Notes: generated from the sequence alone by a model not told the origin. Counted from the first letter of the stretch, positions 8,399 through 17,098 are shown. The stretch is 32,000 nt of DNA from Pyrodictium abyssi (GCF_036323395.1 NZ_AP028907.1:360001-392000), one strand, 5' to 3'. Made by a program: numbers and translations.

Positions 8399-8454
8399 GC
8401 TCTAAGGGGTAACGCGTCTACCCGGAATAGTCTAGAGTAGGAGCTGTTGCAGCC

Positions 8455-9843
8455 ATGGAGCAGGCGGGTAGAGCGGCGGAAGAAGGGCTCGGTACAGGCA
8501 TCGATGCAGCAGGCGAGGCTGCTGAAGGGCTAGCGGCGCGCGGCGGCATGGCTATAAAGGTTCATCCTGGGCGGGGCATCGAGCTAGAGAGGCTTGAGAG
8601 AAGCCTGCCGCAGTCTAAGGCTGTGCACGCAGCGCCTAGGATCGAGCCAGTACGAGCGATGGAACCCAGCCTACAGGAGCTTGAAACAGCGCTACCGGAG
8701 AGCGGTATCGACCCGCTAGAGGCCCTCTTTGGTACAGCGCGGCTACGGGTCTATAGTGAGAGGCCCTTCCTAGTACTTGCGCGCAAGCCCGTAGACCAGC
8801 GCTACGACTACATAGAGCTGCTTAAACGCATCCTCCGCGAGATATACCGTGTCTCGTGGAGAGCGCCGCTGTACGCGCAGCACGTGGCCAAGCGGCTTAC
8901 AGAGTACCAGCTTGCCATGATGCGCGCGGGCACGGCGATATACGTGATAGACCTGGACCAGCTTGGCAGCGGTGATGCTGAGGCCGAGAGGATAACGGCC
9001 AGCTCTCGTGTGGCTAGGAGCCTAGAGGACCGTGCAAGGGAGGCATATGCGCAGGGGTTCGGGTTCCTCGTGCTCTACGGGTCACATTACATGCTCCAGA
9101 GCATACAGAGGCTATGGGAGCCGCGCATAGCTAGCCGTGGCCTCCTCTATACTAGGCTGCCTCCTCCCCTAGAGCTAGGTATAGCAGAGGACGACGCTGT
9201 ATTCGAGCTTGTTGCAGCCATGTACGGAGTAGAGTACGACGATATACGGGGAGCCTCAAGCCTCGTAGACGCCGTTACAATGGCCGAGCATAGGTACTAT
9301 AGCTACCTCGAGTCCGTGGCTAGTGACCCTACACTCGCACTCCTGGCTAGGCCTGCAGTGGACGAGGAAGAGGCTAAGCCAGACGAAGGCTTCATACACT
9401 ACGCGTTCAAGATGGCTGTGCTGGGCTACCTCATAGAAGCGGGCTTCGACGAGTCCAGCATAGACGTTGAACAGCGGATGTCCAGCACTATTGCGGTAGA
9501 CGTGCTGACGAGGAGAAACTGGTACAACAAGCTCGCCATCGAGGTAGAGACGCTTTACGGTACGGGGAATCCCGCCACCAGGCTCTCGTCAGTCATAAGA
9601 GATAGGCTGGCCATGGGGTACTCCGTGTGGATAGTAGTACCGCCCCTCCAGGCATCCATCTATGCCCCGCATCTCCAGGTGCTCACTAGAAGGTACTCTG
9701 GCGTAGAGAACGTGGAGTTCTACACGCTTGACGTGTCCGCGGGCTCCCTAGTCCCGCTCGAGGAGCACCTAAAGAGGCTAGGAGAAATAGCGGCAAGGCT
9801 CAGTAGAGCACGTGACAGGCTACCCATTAGCGATATCGGCTAA
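8455..9843 (+). CDS. Hypothetical protein (462 aa); C-terminal about 130 aa possibly of restriction-endonuclease-like fold
   Basis: Long clean ORF with host-like codon usage. Low-complexity acidic/Gly N-terminus; alternative ATG at 8548. The C-terminal pattern HYAFK ... IAVDVL ... LAIEVETLYG resembles D...ExK-type nuclease cores but with Thr in the Lys position. No P-loop. Confidence 0.6.
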   Translation: MEQAGRAAEEGLGTGIDAAGEAAEGLAARGGMAIKVHPGRGIELERLERSLPQSKAVHAAPRIEPVRAMEPSLQELETALPESGIDPLEALFGTARLRVYSERPFLVLARKPVDQRYDYIELLKRILREIYRVSWRAPLYAQHVAKRLTEYQLAMMRAGTAIYVIDLDQLGSGDAEAERITASSRVARSLEDRAREAYAQGFGFLVLYGSHYMLQSIQRLWEPRIASRGLLYTRLPPPLELGIAEDDAVFELVAAMYGVEYDDIRGASSLVDAVTMAEHRYYSYLESVASDPTLALLARPAVDEEEAKPDEGFIHYAFKMAVLGYLIEAGFDESSIDVEQRMSSTIAVDVLTRRNWYNKLAIEVETLYGTGNPATRLSSVIRDRLAMGYSVWIVVPPLQASIYAPHLQVLTRRYSGVENVEFYTLDVSAGSLVPLEEHLKRLGEIAARLSRARDRLPISDIG

Positions 9844-10697
9844 CGCCGCCACACCGCTGCCGGCGGTTTTACGCCCACCCGCTCGTACATCCACGATATC
9901 ACTGTAAGCGCGGCTACGACCACGATGTAGGGCACGGCGTCGGCTAGCGCTGCGTGCATACCGAGCTCCTGGAGTAGCGGTGTAACAGCGTACAACACAC
10001 CGAGGAGGTAAGCAGCAGCCACTACACCTACCGGGTGCCAATAGCCGAGTATCACAGTGCCAAGCGCGAGCCAGCCCCAGCCTATGGCACGCCCGGCGCT
10101 CCAGCGCCCATTAGACGGCCCCATTAGGAAGAACGCCCCAGCCGTGCCAGCAGCGGCGCCGGCTACTAGTACAGCCAGTATACGTGTAGCTGTCACGTTC
10201 ACTCCAAGCATTCTTGCAGCGTCCTCGTCTTCGCCGAGGCTTCTCAACGTGTAGCCGTGCCACGACCGGTATAGGATGATGTAGAGTATAGCTGGTAGTA
10301 GTATCAGCACGGTGAACATTACCAGGCTCTCTCCCAGTCCTGACAGTGCCGGGGCTAGAGCTCCCTGCGTCGCTGAGCCTATAACGTCGCCGAGCCCTAT
10401 GCCTAGGAAGACAAGTGCTAGCCCGGTCACGGCCTGGTCTGCCTTGAGCCCAACGACTAGGAGGATATAGACGAGGGCCAGGAGGATGCCAGCCAGCATT
10501 CCGGCCGCGAAGCCGGCCACAAGAGAGCCAGTGGACACGGCAACGTAGGCTGCTAGTGCTGAGCCGAAGTACAGCATGCCCTCGAGCCCCAGGTTTATCA
10601 GCCCTGCTCTCTCGAGCACGAGCTCCCCGAGTGCTGCGAGTGCTAGTACAGTAGCCTCCGGCGTGCCCTGCAGAAGTATAGCAGTGACGTCAACCAT
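9840..10697 (-). CDS. ABC transporter permease, BMP-family (nucleoside/simple-sugar type) system, second permease
   Basis: 285 aa, about 8 TM segments, Gly/Ala/Leu-rich. Its start overlaps the upstream permease stop by 8 nt. Same operon as the duplicated ATPase at 12077-13630. Confidence 0.75.
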   Translation of the reverse strand: MVDVTAILLQGTPEATVLALAALGELVLERAGLINLGLEGMLYFGSALAAYVAVSTGSLVAGFAAGMLAGILLALVYILLVVGLKADQAVTGLALVFLGIGLGDVIGSATQGALAPALSGLGESLVMFTVLILLPAILYIILYRSWHGYTLRSLGEDEDAARMLGVNVTATRILAVLVAGAAAGTAGAFFLMGPSNGRWSAGRAIGWGWLALGTVILGYWHPVGVVAAAYLLGVLYAVTPLLQELGMHAALADAVPYIVVVAALTVISWMYERVGVKPPAAVWRR

Positions 10698-11763
10698 GGC
10701 GTATCACCACCCGGTATCTCGATAATGTTGTGGAGGCTAGCACGGAGAGGACTATGACAGCCTCAAAGGCGAGCACGAAGCTGGCGGGTATGCCTTGCAG
10801 CTGGAGGCTCACGAACATATTGTATAGGAGTGTGATGAGGAGGCCAGCCGCTATAGTGGCGGCGGGTCGGAGGCCAGCAAGCCACGCGGCAAGGATACCC
10901 ATATAGCCGTAGCCTAGGCCTTGCTTGCCGAGGCTGAGCAGCTGGTGCTGCTCAGCAGCCATGTAGAGGCCGCCCCCGAGCCCAGCAGCAGCTCCCGCGA
11001 GGGCGGCCACTACGAGGATAGCCCTGCCCGGGTCTACGCCGTACGTCTCAGCGGCGCGCCTAGCCCGGCTTATGGAGTCCACCGCTATGCCGAGCCGCGT
11101 GTACACATACAGAGCCTCAAGCAACACTATGAAGACGGTGGTGACTATCGCTGAGGCTAGCCCGCTTATCCAGAACCGGTCTGGTAGCGGCTCTGTACGG
11201 GTGAAAGGCCCCGACTGCCAGGGCCCAGCAACCAGGTAGTTTACCAGGGCCACGGCTATGTAGTTGAGCATAAGGCTCACAAGCGTCTCATTAGCCCCGA
11301 GGTAGACCCTTAGGGCACCGACAACTAGGCCGTAGAGCGCTCCTGCGAGAGCAGCAGCAGCCATGGCTACGGCGAGTGCTAGCACGGGGTGCAGCTGGGA
11401 CAGCATGAAGTATAGGAGGCCGTAGGCGACCACAGCGCCGAGGATAACCTGTCCCTCGGAGCCTATGGTTATGAAGCCTGCTCTATAGGCCAGCGCGAGC
11501 CCAGCAGCAGACGCGGCTATGGGGGCAAAGTAGGGTAGAGACAGGAGCCAGAACCGGGGCTCTGACAGGTTAACGTAGAGGGCGCGTGCAACACCAGTAA
11601 CGCCCACGGGTGTGAGAGCACCAAGTAGGATGGACAGTGCGAAGCCAGCCGCGAGCCCAGCAAGCCCATAGAGGAGGGGGTTTCTCTTCTCCGTGGGGCC
11701 TCGCGGCTCCAGAGCTATCCTCAACTCCACACCCTCGCCACGGCTGTAACCCTGAGAGCACAC
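10690..11763 (-). CDS. ABC transporter permease, BMP-family system, first permease
   Basis: 357 aa polytopic membrane protein. Co-oriented with, and overlapping, the second permease. Confidence 0.75.
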   Translation of the reverse strand: MCSQGYSRGEGVELRIALEPRGPTEKRNPLLYGLAGLAAGFALSILLGALTPVGVTGVARALYVNLSEPRFWLLSLPYFAPIAASAAGLALAYRAGFITIGSEGQVILGAVVAYGLLYFMLSQLHPVLALAVAMAAAALAGALYGLVVGALRVYLGANETLVSLMLNYIAVALVNYLVAGPWQSGPFTRTEPLPDRFWISGLASAIVTTVFIVLLEALYVYTRLGIAVDSISRARRAAETYGVDPGRAILVVAALAGAAAGLGGGLYMAAEQHQLLSLGKQGLGYGYMGILAAWLAGLRPAATIAAGLLITLLYNMFVSLQLQGIPASFVLAFEAVIVLSVLASTTLSRYRVVIRHG

Positions 11764-12076
11764 GCCAGGGGTAGCCTACTGCAGTAGGCGCCTCTAGCGC
11801 GCCTCATAGCAGGGGTCGTGGACATGCCCAGCACCAGCCCCCGGGTTCGCGGTGGAGCGGGAGACACCTCCAGTCTTAAACCTAGACGCCCCTCCTGGGC
11901 AGCCAATGCTCAGCATGTAGCAGCCCATAAAGGCGGAGAGAGGTGGAGGACCCGCAGGGCGGGAAGCCCCGCCTCCACCTCACAGAAGCACCAATGACCT
12001 CCGGGGCACACGCCCCACTCGGTGGAGGCGTCCCCAGGTACTCTCGGACGTGGGAACAGCCGGCGGGGCTAAAGGG
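11764..12076. other. 313-bp GC-rich, self-complementary intra-operon spacer (candidate structured RNA; strand undetermined)
   Basis: No ORF of 60 aa or more with a protein-like sequence. Stems seen by eye: GGTGGAGG 11942-11949 / CCTCCACC 11972-11979; TGGGCAGC 11896-11903 / GCAGCCCA 11920-11927; GGGGC 12003-12007 / GCCCC 12012-12016; long-range GACGCCCCTCC 11885-11895 / GGAGGCGTC 12024-12032. Confidence 0.35.
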
Positions 12077-13630
12077 TTAACCCTCCGTCATGGCCGCGGC
12101 TATCTCCTCTACGTTAAACGGCTTCTCTGCCACGAGCGTCACCCGGCCCTTAGACATGACTACTATACGGTCAGCCACCTCCAGCAGCTCATCAAGATCC
12201 TCCGATATCAGCAGCACGCCAGCCCCGGAATCCGCAGCCTCCGCGAGTAGGCCTCGTACCTTCTCCGCGGCGTCAACGTCAAGGCCACTGGTAGGGTTCA
12301 TAGCGAGGACCAGAGAGGGCTTCTTAGAGAGCTCCCTTCCCACTATAAACCGCTGCATGTTGCCGCCGCTCATACTCTCTACTGGCGCGTCGACACCGGA
12401 TACCCTAACCTTCATGTGCTCCACAATCTCCTTGCTAATTGCTCTAGCGCGGCTCCAGTCTACGACGAAGCCGCGAAACGGGCCGCCAGGGACGCTGTAG
12501 AGCCCGAGGGCGGTGTTAAAGACGAGGCTTTTACCGGGGACAAGCGCCCATCCAAGCCTCTCCTCCGGGATTATGGCTACTCCTAGCCTCCCCCTCACGG
12601 AAGGCCTCGCGCTGGTGACATCGGCGCCGGCAACGAGTACTCTGCCCCGGTGGGGCCTCCGGAGCCCGACGAGCGCTTCGAAGAGCTCGCGCTGCCCGTT
12701 ACCAGCGACTCCCGCTACACCGACTATCTCGCCGCGCCTAACGTCTAGGCTCACACCCCTTACCGCTATCTCGCCGTGCTCGCCCCGGACCCAGAGGTCC
12801 TCGACAACGAGAACGGTCTCGCTGCCCGGGCCACGCTTCCTCGAGACACGGCCTAGAGGCATACGCTCGCCGAACATGAGGTGGAGCAGCTTCTCTTGGG
12901 TGGCCTCTTCGCGGCGGAGAATACCGACCAGCTTACCCTTACGCATCACAGCTATGCGGTCAGCAGAATGCATGACCTCGCGGAGCCGGTGAGTAATCAG
13001 TACTATTGAGCGCCCCTCGGCGGCGAGCCGCCTAACCAGGTCAAGAAGCCTGCTAGCCTCCATGGGGGATAGGTGCGTAGTAGGCTCGTCTAGCAGCATC
13101 AGCCGCGCGTCAAGTATCAGCGCCTTCAGTATCTCGACCCGCTGCTTCTCGCCCATAGAAAGCGTCCATACCCTCGCATCCGGGTCTACCTGGATACCAT
13201 AATTCTCTCCGAGCCTCCTGACCCGGGAGCGCACCTCCCTGAGGCCGAGCTTTCTGCCTGCGAGGCGAGCAGCTAGGGCAATGTTCTCGGCCACGGTGAA
13301 GGCGTCAACGAGCCTAGGATTCTGCGGGACAAGCGCAATACCGGCCCTAGCCGCGTCACGTGGGCTCCTAAAGCGCACGCGTCGGCCCTGGTATATTATC
13401 TCACCATGGGTTGGCTGCTGCACTCCGGCTATTATGCTGACAAGGGTAGTCTTCCCCGCCCCGTTCTCGCCTAGAAGGGCTAGCACCTCACCCGGGTATA
13501 TGTCGAGGGAGACGTCGTCGTTGGCCACAACACCGCCGGGATAGACCTTGGTTATGCCCCGTAACGATAGGAGGGGAGAATGCTGGCCAGCCACTATGGG
13601 TGCCCCAGGAAGCCGCGGCGCAGAAAACAC
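12077..13630 (-). CDS. ABC transporter ATP-binding protein with two fused ATPase domains (BMP-family / sugar-nucleoside importer type)
   Basis: Domain 1: GENGAGKTT, LSMGEKQRVEILKAL, LMLLDEPT. Domain 2: degenerate P-loop GVAGNGQ, MSGGNMQRF, LVLAMNPTSGLD. GTG start at 13630. Confidence 0.9.
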   Translation of the reverse strand: MFSAPRLPGAPIVAGQHSPLLSLRGITKVYPGGVVANDDVSLDIYPGEVLALLGENGAGKTTLVSIIAGVQQPTHGEIIYQGRRVRFRSPRDAARAGIALVPQNPRLVDAFTVAENIALAARLAGRKLGLREVRSRVRRLGENYGIQVDPDARVWTLSMGEKQRVEILKALILDARLMLLDEPTTHLSPMEASRLLDLVRRLAAEGRSIVLITHRLREVMHSADRIAVMRKGKLVGILRREEATQEKLLHLMFGERMPLGRVSRKRGPGSETVLVVEDLWVRGEHGEIAVRGVSLDVRRGEIVGVAGVAGNGQRELFEALVGLRRPHRGRVLVAGADVTSARPSVRGRLGVAIIPEERLGWALVPGKSLVFNTALGLYSVPGGPFRGFVVDWSRARAISKEIVEHMKVRVSGVDAPVESMSGGNMQRFIVGRELSKKPSLVLAMNPTSGLDVDAAEKVRGLLAEAADSGAGVLLISEDLDELLEVADRIVVMSKGRVTLVAEKPFNVEEIAAAMTEG

Positions 13631-13657
13631 GGGCCTTAATGAAGCTAAGCCCCCTGC

Positions 13658-13903
13658 CTACCTGCCGCGGGGCTTGTAGCCTATCTCCTCCAGGTAGCGT
13701 CTCAGAGCCTCTACGTTCCACTCCCACTTGCTCTTCCTCCGCGGGTCGACGTAGAGGCCTAGCTTCCTAGCCTCCTCGGGGGATAACCCGACCTCTGCTA
13801 GCTCCGCTATGCTGAATCCACGGCCCTGACGAGCACCCGGGTCAGCGCCGCCGTACTTGAGCAGCCTGGGCTTCTTCACTATCGCGCGCGGCGCTTCTAC
13901 CAT
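13658..13903 (-). CDS. rpl13e: Large-subunit ribosomal protein L13e
   Basis: 81 aa; [32 protein letters not shown] matches the eL13 core as I remember it. ATG start. Confidence 0.8.
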   Translation of the reverse strand: MVEAPRAIVKKPRLLKYGGADPGARQGRGFSIAELAEVGLSPEEARKLGLYVDPRRKSKWEWNVEALRRYLEEIGYKPRGR

Positions 13904-13965
13904 GCCCGGCTCCCCGCTGGCCTCCCGGAGACGTGGCAGCCTTTAAAGGATAGCCTTCCCTAGGG

Positions 13966-14445
13966 CTACTGGTCCTCGGCTAGCGGCGAGGCAAAGTCCT
14001 CCTTTATAGAGCGGAGTACGAGGCTCGTAACGCTCCGCCTTATATAGGGTAGCCTATTGATCTTCTTAAGGAACTTGTCTAGCTCGTTTACGTTCCGGAA
14101 CTTGGCAACCACTGCAAGGTCGTAGTCGCCAGTTATATCGTAGACAGCCATGACGCCTGGATCCCGCGCAATGTACTCTCCAGCGTCGAGTATCTTCCCA
14201 CCCTCGACCTGCAGCAGGACTATAGCAGTGACCGTGTAGCCCAATGCATCGTAGTCCGGGAGTATAGTGAACCTCCTTATGATGCCGCTCTCCACTAGGC
14301 GGCGAAGCCTAGCATGCACGGTCGAGCCGGCTAGGCCAAGCTCCTTGGCTAGGTCCCTTATGCTGCGCCGCGAGTCCTTGGCGAGCAGGCGGACAAGCTT
14401 CAAGTCAACGTCGTCGATACGCGGGCTCGGCAATACACAGCACAC
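13966..14445 (-). CDS. Lrp/AsnC family transcriptional regulator
   Basis: HTH: DLKLVRLLAKDSRRSIRDLAKELGLAGSTVHARLRRLVESGII. A RAM/AsnC_trans_reg-like C-terminal domain follows (ILLQVEG...VMAVYDITGDYDLAVVAKF). The ORF opens at 14493; more plausible starts are GTG 14445 or TTG 14433. Confidence 0.85.
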   Translation of the reverse strand: MCCVLPSPRIDDVDLKLVRLLAKDSRRSIRDLAKELGLAGSTVHARLRRLVESGIIRRFTILPDYDALGYTVTAIVLLQVEGGKILDAGEYIARDPGVMAVYDITGDYDLAVVAKFRNVNELDKFLKKINRLPYIRRSVTSLVLRSIKEDFASPLAEDQ

Positions 14446-14620
14446 CTCTACTACCCGAGGCCCCCCTACTCGTAGGCTGCAGGCTGCCCGCACACAGCTC
14501 TACAAGTTGCCTGGCCCCTTACAAATGTGTGATGCTCTAACCCCGGGCTGGGCGCCGGGAAAAGCCTCTATAGGCTACACCATTAGCTGATACCTAGCCA
14601 GTGGAGGGGTAAACCAGGAA

Positions 14621-14911
14621 TTGGCAGGACTACGACGCCTCGTGCTGGACGTACTAAAGCCCCTAAAGGACCCGTCTATAGTAGACGTGGCTCTCGAGCT
14701 AAGCAGGATAGATGGTGTAGAAGCGGTCAACATAACAGTTAATGAGGTAGATGTCGAGACGCTCAGCTTGACAGTGGTAGTCGAGGGTGACAACATAGAC
14801 TTCGAGAGAGTTAGGACAGTACTAGAGGAGGTTGGCGCAGCGATACACAGCATAGACCAGGTTGTCGCCGGTGAACGGCTTGTAGAAATACCCAGGAGGC
14901 CGCGTGAGTAG
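14621..14911 (+). CDS. DUF211 family protein (conserved archaeal protein of unknown function)
   Basis: RRLVLDVLKPLKDPSIVDVALELSRIDGVEAVNITVNEVDVETLSLTVVVEGDNIDFERV...IHSIDQVVAG matches the DUF211 pattern (LDxLKPH ... GVxxVNI ... IHSIDEV) from memory. TTG start, with GGAGGGG 11 nt upstream. Confidence 0.75.
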   Translation: MAGLRRLVLDVLKPLKDPSIVDVALELSRIDGVEAVNITVNEVDVETLSLTVVVEGDNIDFERVRTVLEEVGAAIHSIDQVVAGERLVEIPRRPRE

Positions 14912-14952
14912 CACCCCGTGGGCAGCATCGCGGTAGGCCGGGGTGGAGCCTC

Positions 14953-15294
14953 GTGGCCGAAGAGAAGAACTACATAAGCATAGACGAGTTCGCACGGATA
15001 GAGCTACGCGTGGGCAAGGTCGTCGAGGCCGAGAAAATACCGGGCACACGGCTGCTCAAGCTAATAGTAGACCTCGGCGGGGAGAAACGCCAGATAATCT
15101 CCGGGATAGCAGAGTACTACACACCCGAGGACATGATAGGAAAGAAGGTAGTAGTGGTGGCTAACCTCAAGCCGAAGAAGATACGCGGCTACCTAAGTGA
15201 AGGCATGATACTAGCCGCGGGCTGCGACAAAGGACAGAGGCCGGTACTAGTCACAGTCGGCGACGAGGCGGAGCCAGGCTGGCGGGTCTGCTAG
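14953..15294 (+). CDS. tRNA-binding domain protein (Trbp111/CsaA/MetRS-C-terminal-like OB fold)
   Basis: IELRVGKVVEAEKIPGTRLLKLIVDLGGEKRQIISGIAEYYTPEDMIGKKVVVVANLKPKKIRGYLSEGMILAA is the typical EMAP/Trbp111 signature. GTG start. Confidence 0.85.
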   Translation: MAEEKNYISIDEFARIELRVGKVVEAEKIPGTRLLKLIVDLGGEKRQIISGIAEYYTPEDMIGKKVVVVANLKPKKIRGYLSEGMILAAGCDKGQRPVLVTVGDEAEPGWRVC

Positions 15295-15417
15295 CCCAGC
15301 CGGCCATAAACCGGCACACGGCCCCGGGCCCAGAGCATTAGGCCTAGGCTGTGCTCGCTACTCGCTGTTCATGCCGGTCGTGAATACGGCCTGGTTTTAC
15401 GGGGCATAGAGGCATAC

Positions 15418-16608
15418 TTGTCTCGTAGGCATCCCCCGGCCCACTTGTGGGCTGTGAAACCCCTTACAGGCGGGGATAGACGCTCCTTGGACACTTGTCT
15501 CATAGGCTACGGCCGTGTGGGGAAGGTAACGGCGCTGGTGCTCTCCCGTGACTACAACGTTGACGTAGTAGTATTTGATGCATCGGGGCAACGGGTTAAC
15601 GAGGCGAGGCGTAGGGGGCTAGAAGCACGTCTCGCCGACGTCTCAAACCCGGGCATGACCTCGAGGATAGCGGCGGAGTGCGATGTTGTAGCCGTAGCCC
15701 TTCCTAGCAGAGTTGCAGAGCGTGTAGTACAACAGCTAATAGAGGCGGAAGTAAGAGCAATAGTCGATGTATCGTACGTAGCGGATCCCCTGGCTTTCCA
15801 CAAGCCAGCCTTAGAGCGCGGAGTCCGCGTATTTGTGGACGCTGGGCTAGCGCCCGGCCTATCAAACATGCTGGCAAAACGTGCAAGAATGTGGCTAGAC
15901 AAGGCGAGTAGGATAGTAGTGTACGTTGGCGGGATATCAGCTGAGAACGACGATTTGTTTGGCCTCGTAGCGTCGTGGAGCATCGACGACCTCATAGAGG
16001 AGTACACGAGAAAGGCTAAAGCGAGGATAGCAGGTGAAGAGAAACTCCTAGACCCTATATGGGACGCGGTACGGGTCGAACTCCCAGGGCTCGGGGAATT
16101 CGACGCAATGCCTACAGATGGTCTACGCACGCTACTCAGGAGCCTCCAGGATGTACCAACGCTAATTGAGTACACTCTACGATACCCAGGCCATGTAGAG
16201 CTCCTAAAGTCGCTCTACCGGCTGGGCTTGCTAGATGACAAGCCCCATGTAGCCTCTGGCTGTGCAGCGTCGCCTAGGAAGATGCTGGTTAGGCTGCTTG
16301 AGGAAAGGCTCCCAAAGAGCGGCGATAGAGTAGTAATGTACGTTGAGGCTGAGGGCGAGAGAGAAGGATATTGGGCCAGAACAAGCTACGTCATAGACGC
16401 CACGCAGGACGACGTGGGTGTTGAAACCCCCGTGCTCACGTATATGACGGGACTCGTCCATGCATGGGTAGTAGTGCGGGCCCTAAAGGGGTACGGGCAT
16501 CCAGGCGTAAACGCTCCCGAGGAGCTGGCTCAGAAGCTTGCAGACCTGGAGAAGCTGCTGGAAAGCAAGGGCATACACGTGCACGAGAGGCGCTGTTACG
16601 AGCAGTGA
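15418..16608 (+). CDS. Saccharopine dehydrogenase-like NAD(P)-dependent oxidoreductase
   Basis: Rossmann N-terminus CLIGYGRVGK, then VDAGLAPGLSNMLA and a C-terminal Sacchrp_dh_C-like region. Both candidate starts are TTG (15418 and 15487). 15487 would give the usual MDTCLIGYGRVG N-terminus. Confidence 0.7.
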   Translation: MSRRHPPAHLWAVKPLTGGDRRSLDTCLIGYGRVGKVTALVLSRDYNVDVVVFDASGQRVNEARRRGLEARLADVSNPGMTSRIAAECDVVAVALPSRVAERVVQQLIEAEVRAIVDVSYVADPLAFHKPALERGVRVFVDAGLAPGLSNMLAKRARMWLDKASRIVVYVGGISAENDDLFGLVASWSIDDLIEEYTRKAKARIAGEEKLLDPIWDAVRVELPGLGEFDAMPTDGLRTLLRSLQDVPTLIEYTLRYPGHVELLKSLYRLGLLDDKPHVASGCAASPRKMLVRLLEERLPKSGDRVVMYVEAEGEREGYWARTSYVIDATQDDVGVETPVLTYMTGLVHAWVVVRALKGYGHPGVNAPEELAQKLADLEKLLESKGIHVHERRCYEQ

Positions 16609-16664
16609 GGTCTACTCCGCGGCAGCGGGATATTGAAGAGAGTGCGAATACGCTGGAGCCTCCT

Positions 16665-16689
16665 GGGCGGTGAAGACTGGTATTACCGG
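16665..16689 (+). repeat. Left copy of an imperfect direct repeat (GGGCGGTGAAGAcTGGtATTAcCGG)
   Basis: It shares an exact 12-mer GGGCGGTGAAGA, plus TGG/ATTA/CGG blocks separated by two 1-nt indels and one mismatch, with 20470-20492. Confidence 0.45.
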
Positions 16690-17021
16690 CGACCCGGCTG
16701 GGATGAGCGAGCCCATCCGCTGCGGAGCCCGCGCTACACTCCCTTAAGACAGTCGCTGGCCATGATGTTCCGTGTACGGTCGCTCGGTGTGATGAGGAGC
16801 TGGCGAGCAGAGCCCGTCCCCAGGGCGGTGCTGAGCTAAGACTAGGTGGGGGTACTGACCGTCCAAGATTTACTACAACGCTGTGAGCGCCACACCCATA
16901 CCATTGATATATAGTAACCGGTATCCTATATAGCTTGTGGGCGGTGGCGTGTTGGCGCGGCAGAGTAGATAATTACGTACCGCTCTCGGGGGCTGTACTA
17001 CGTGGATACTATTTGGCAAGA

Positions 17022-17043
17022 TAGTAGGAGATAGACCCTACTA
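17022..17043. promoter_or_regulatory. Dyad TAGTAG-N10-CTACTA upstream of the hydrogenase gene (candidate operator)
   Basis: TAGTAGG 17022-17028 and CCTACTA 17037-17043 are perfect inverted arms, in AT-rich non-coding DNA about 48 nt upstream of the TATA-like box. The same arm sequence and spacing recur at 20367-20388. Confidence 0.5.
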
Positions 17044-17090
17044 AAAAACTATTCACGGGTGTTAATGGAGAGGTAGGTTTAAGTATTAGA

Positions 17091-17098
17091 TTTATTAA
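17091..17098 (+). promoter_or_regulatory. TATA-like box (TTTATTAA) for the hydrogenase large-subunit gene
   Basis: This is the most AT-rich stretch of the window (17/60 G+C by hand count for 17041-17100). It lies about 47 nt upstream of the first start candidate, and GGAGGGG at 17137-17143 follows. Confidence 0.45.

Noticed and set aside
11764-12076. Possibility that the structured spacer is SRP RNA (SRP19 is in the window) or RNase P RNA
   Set aside because: On neither strand could I find the archaeal SRP helix-8 signature as I remember it (AGGCCCGGAAGGGAGCA-like GNAR loop plus AGCA) or the RNase P CR-I GGAAAGUCC. ACAGAAGCA at about 11982 alone is not diagnostic. The region is kept only as an unclassified structured element.
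12090-12992. Long antisense ORFs (136 and 159 aa) opposite the ABC ATPase. Similar cases: 15552-16175(-), 18017-18832(-), 20854-21312(-), 29515-29985(+), 30726-31040(+)
   Set aside because: All are embedded antisense in genes with strong motif support. Their Ser/Arg/Pro/Thr-rich translations are typical of stop-poor reverse frames in GC-rich DNA.
16788-16834. C/D-box sRNA candidate: GTGATGA (C box) ... CTGA (D box) about 46 nt apart
   Set aside because: There are no convincing internal D'/C' boxes and no terminal complementary stem flanking the boxes. The spacing to the internal AGA is atypical. Box-like words of this length occur by chance.
16633-16839. 68-aa ORF downstream of the saccharopine-dehydrogenase-like gene
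   Set aside because: The sequence is Arg/Trp-rich, typical of out-of-context GC-rich DNA. It has no SD or TATA context and no recognisable fold. The region is treated as non-coding.
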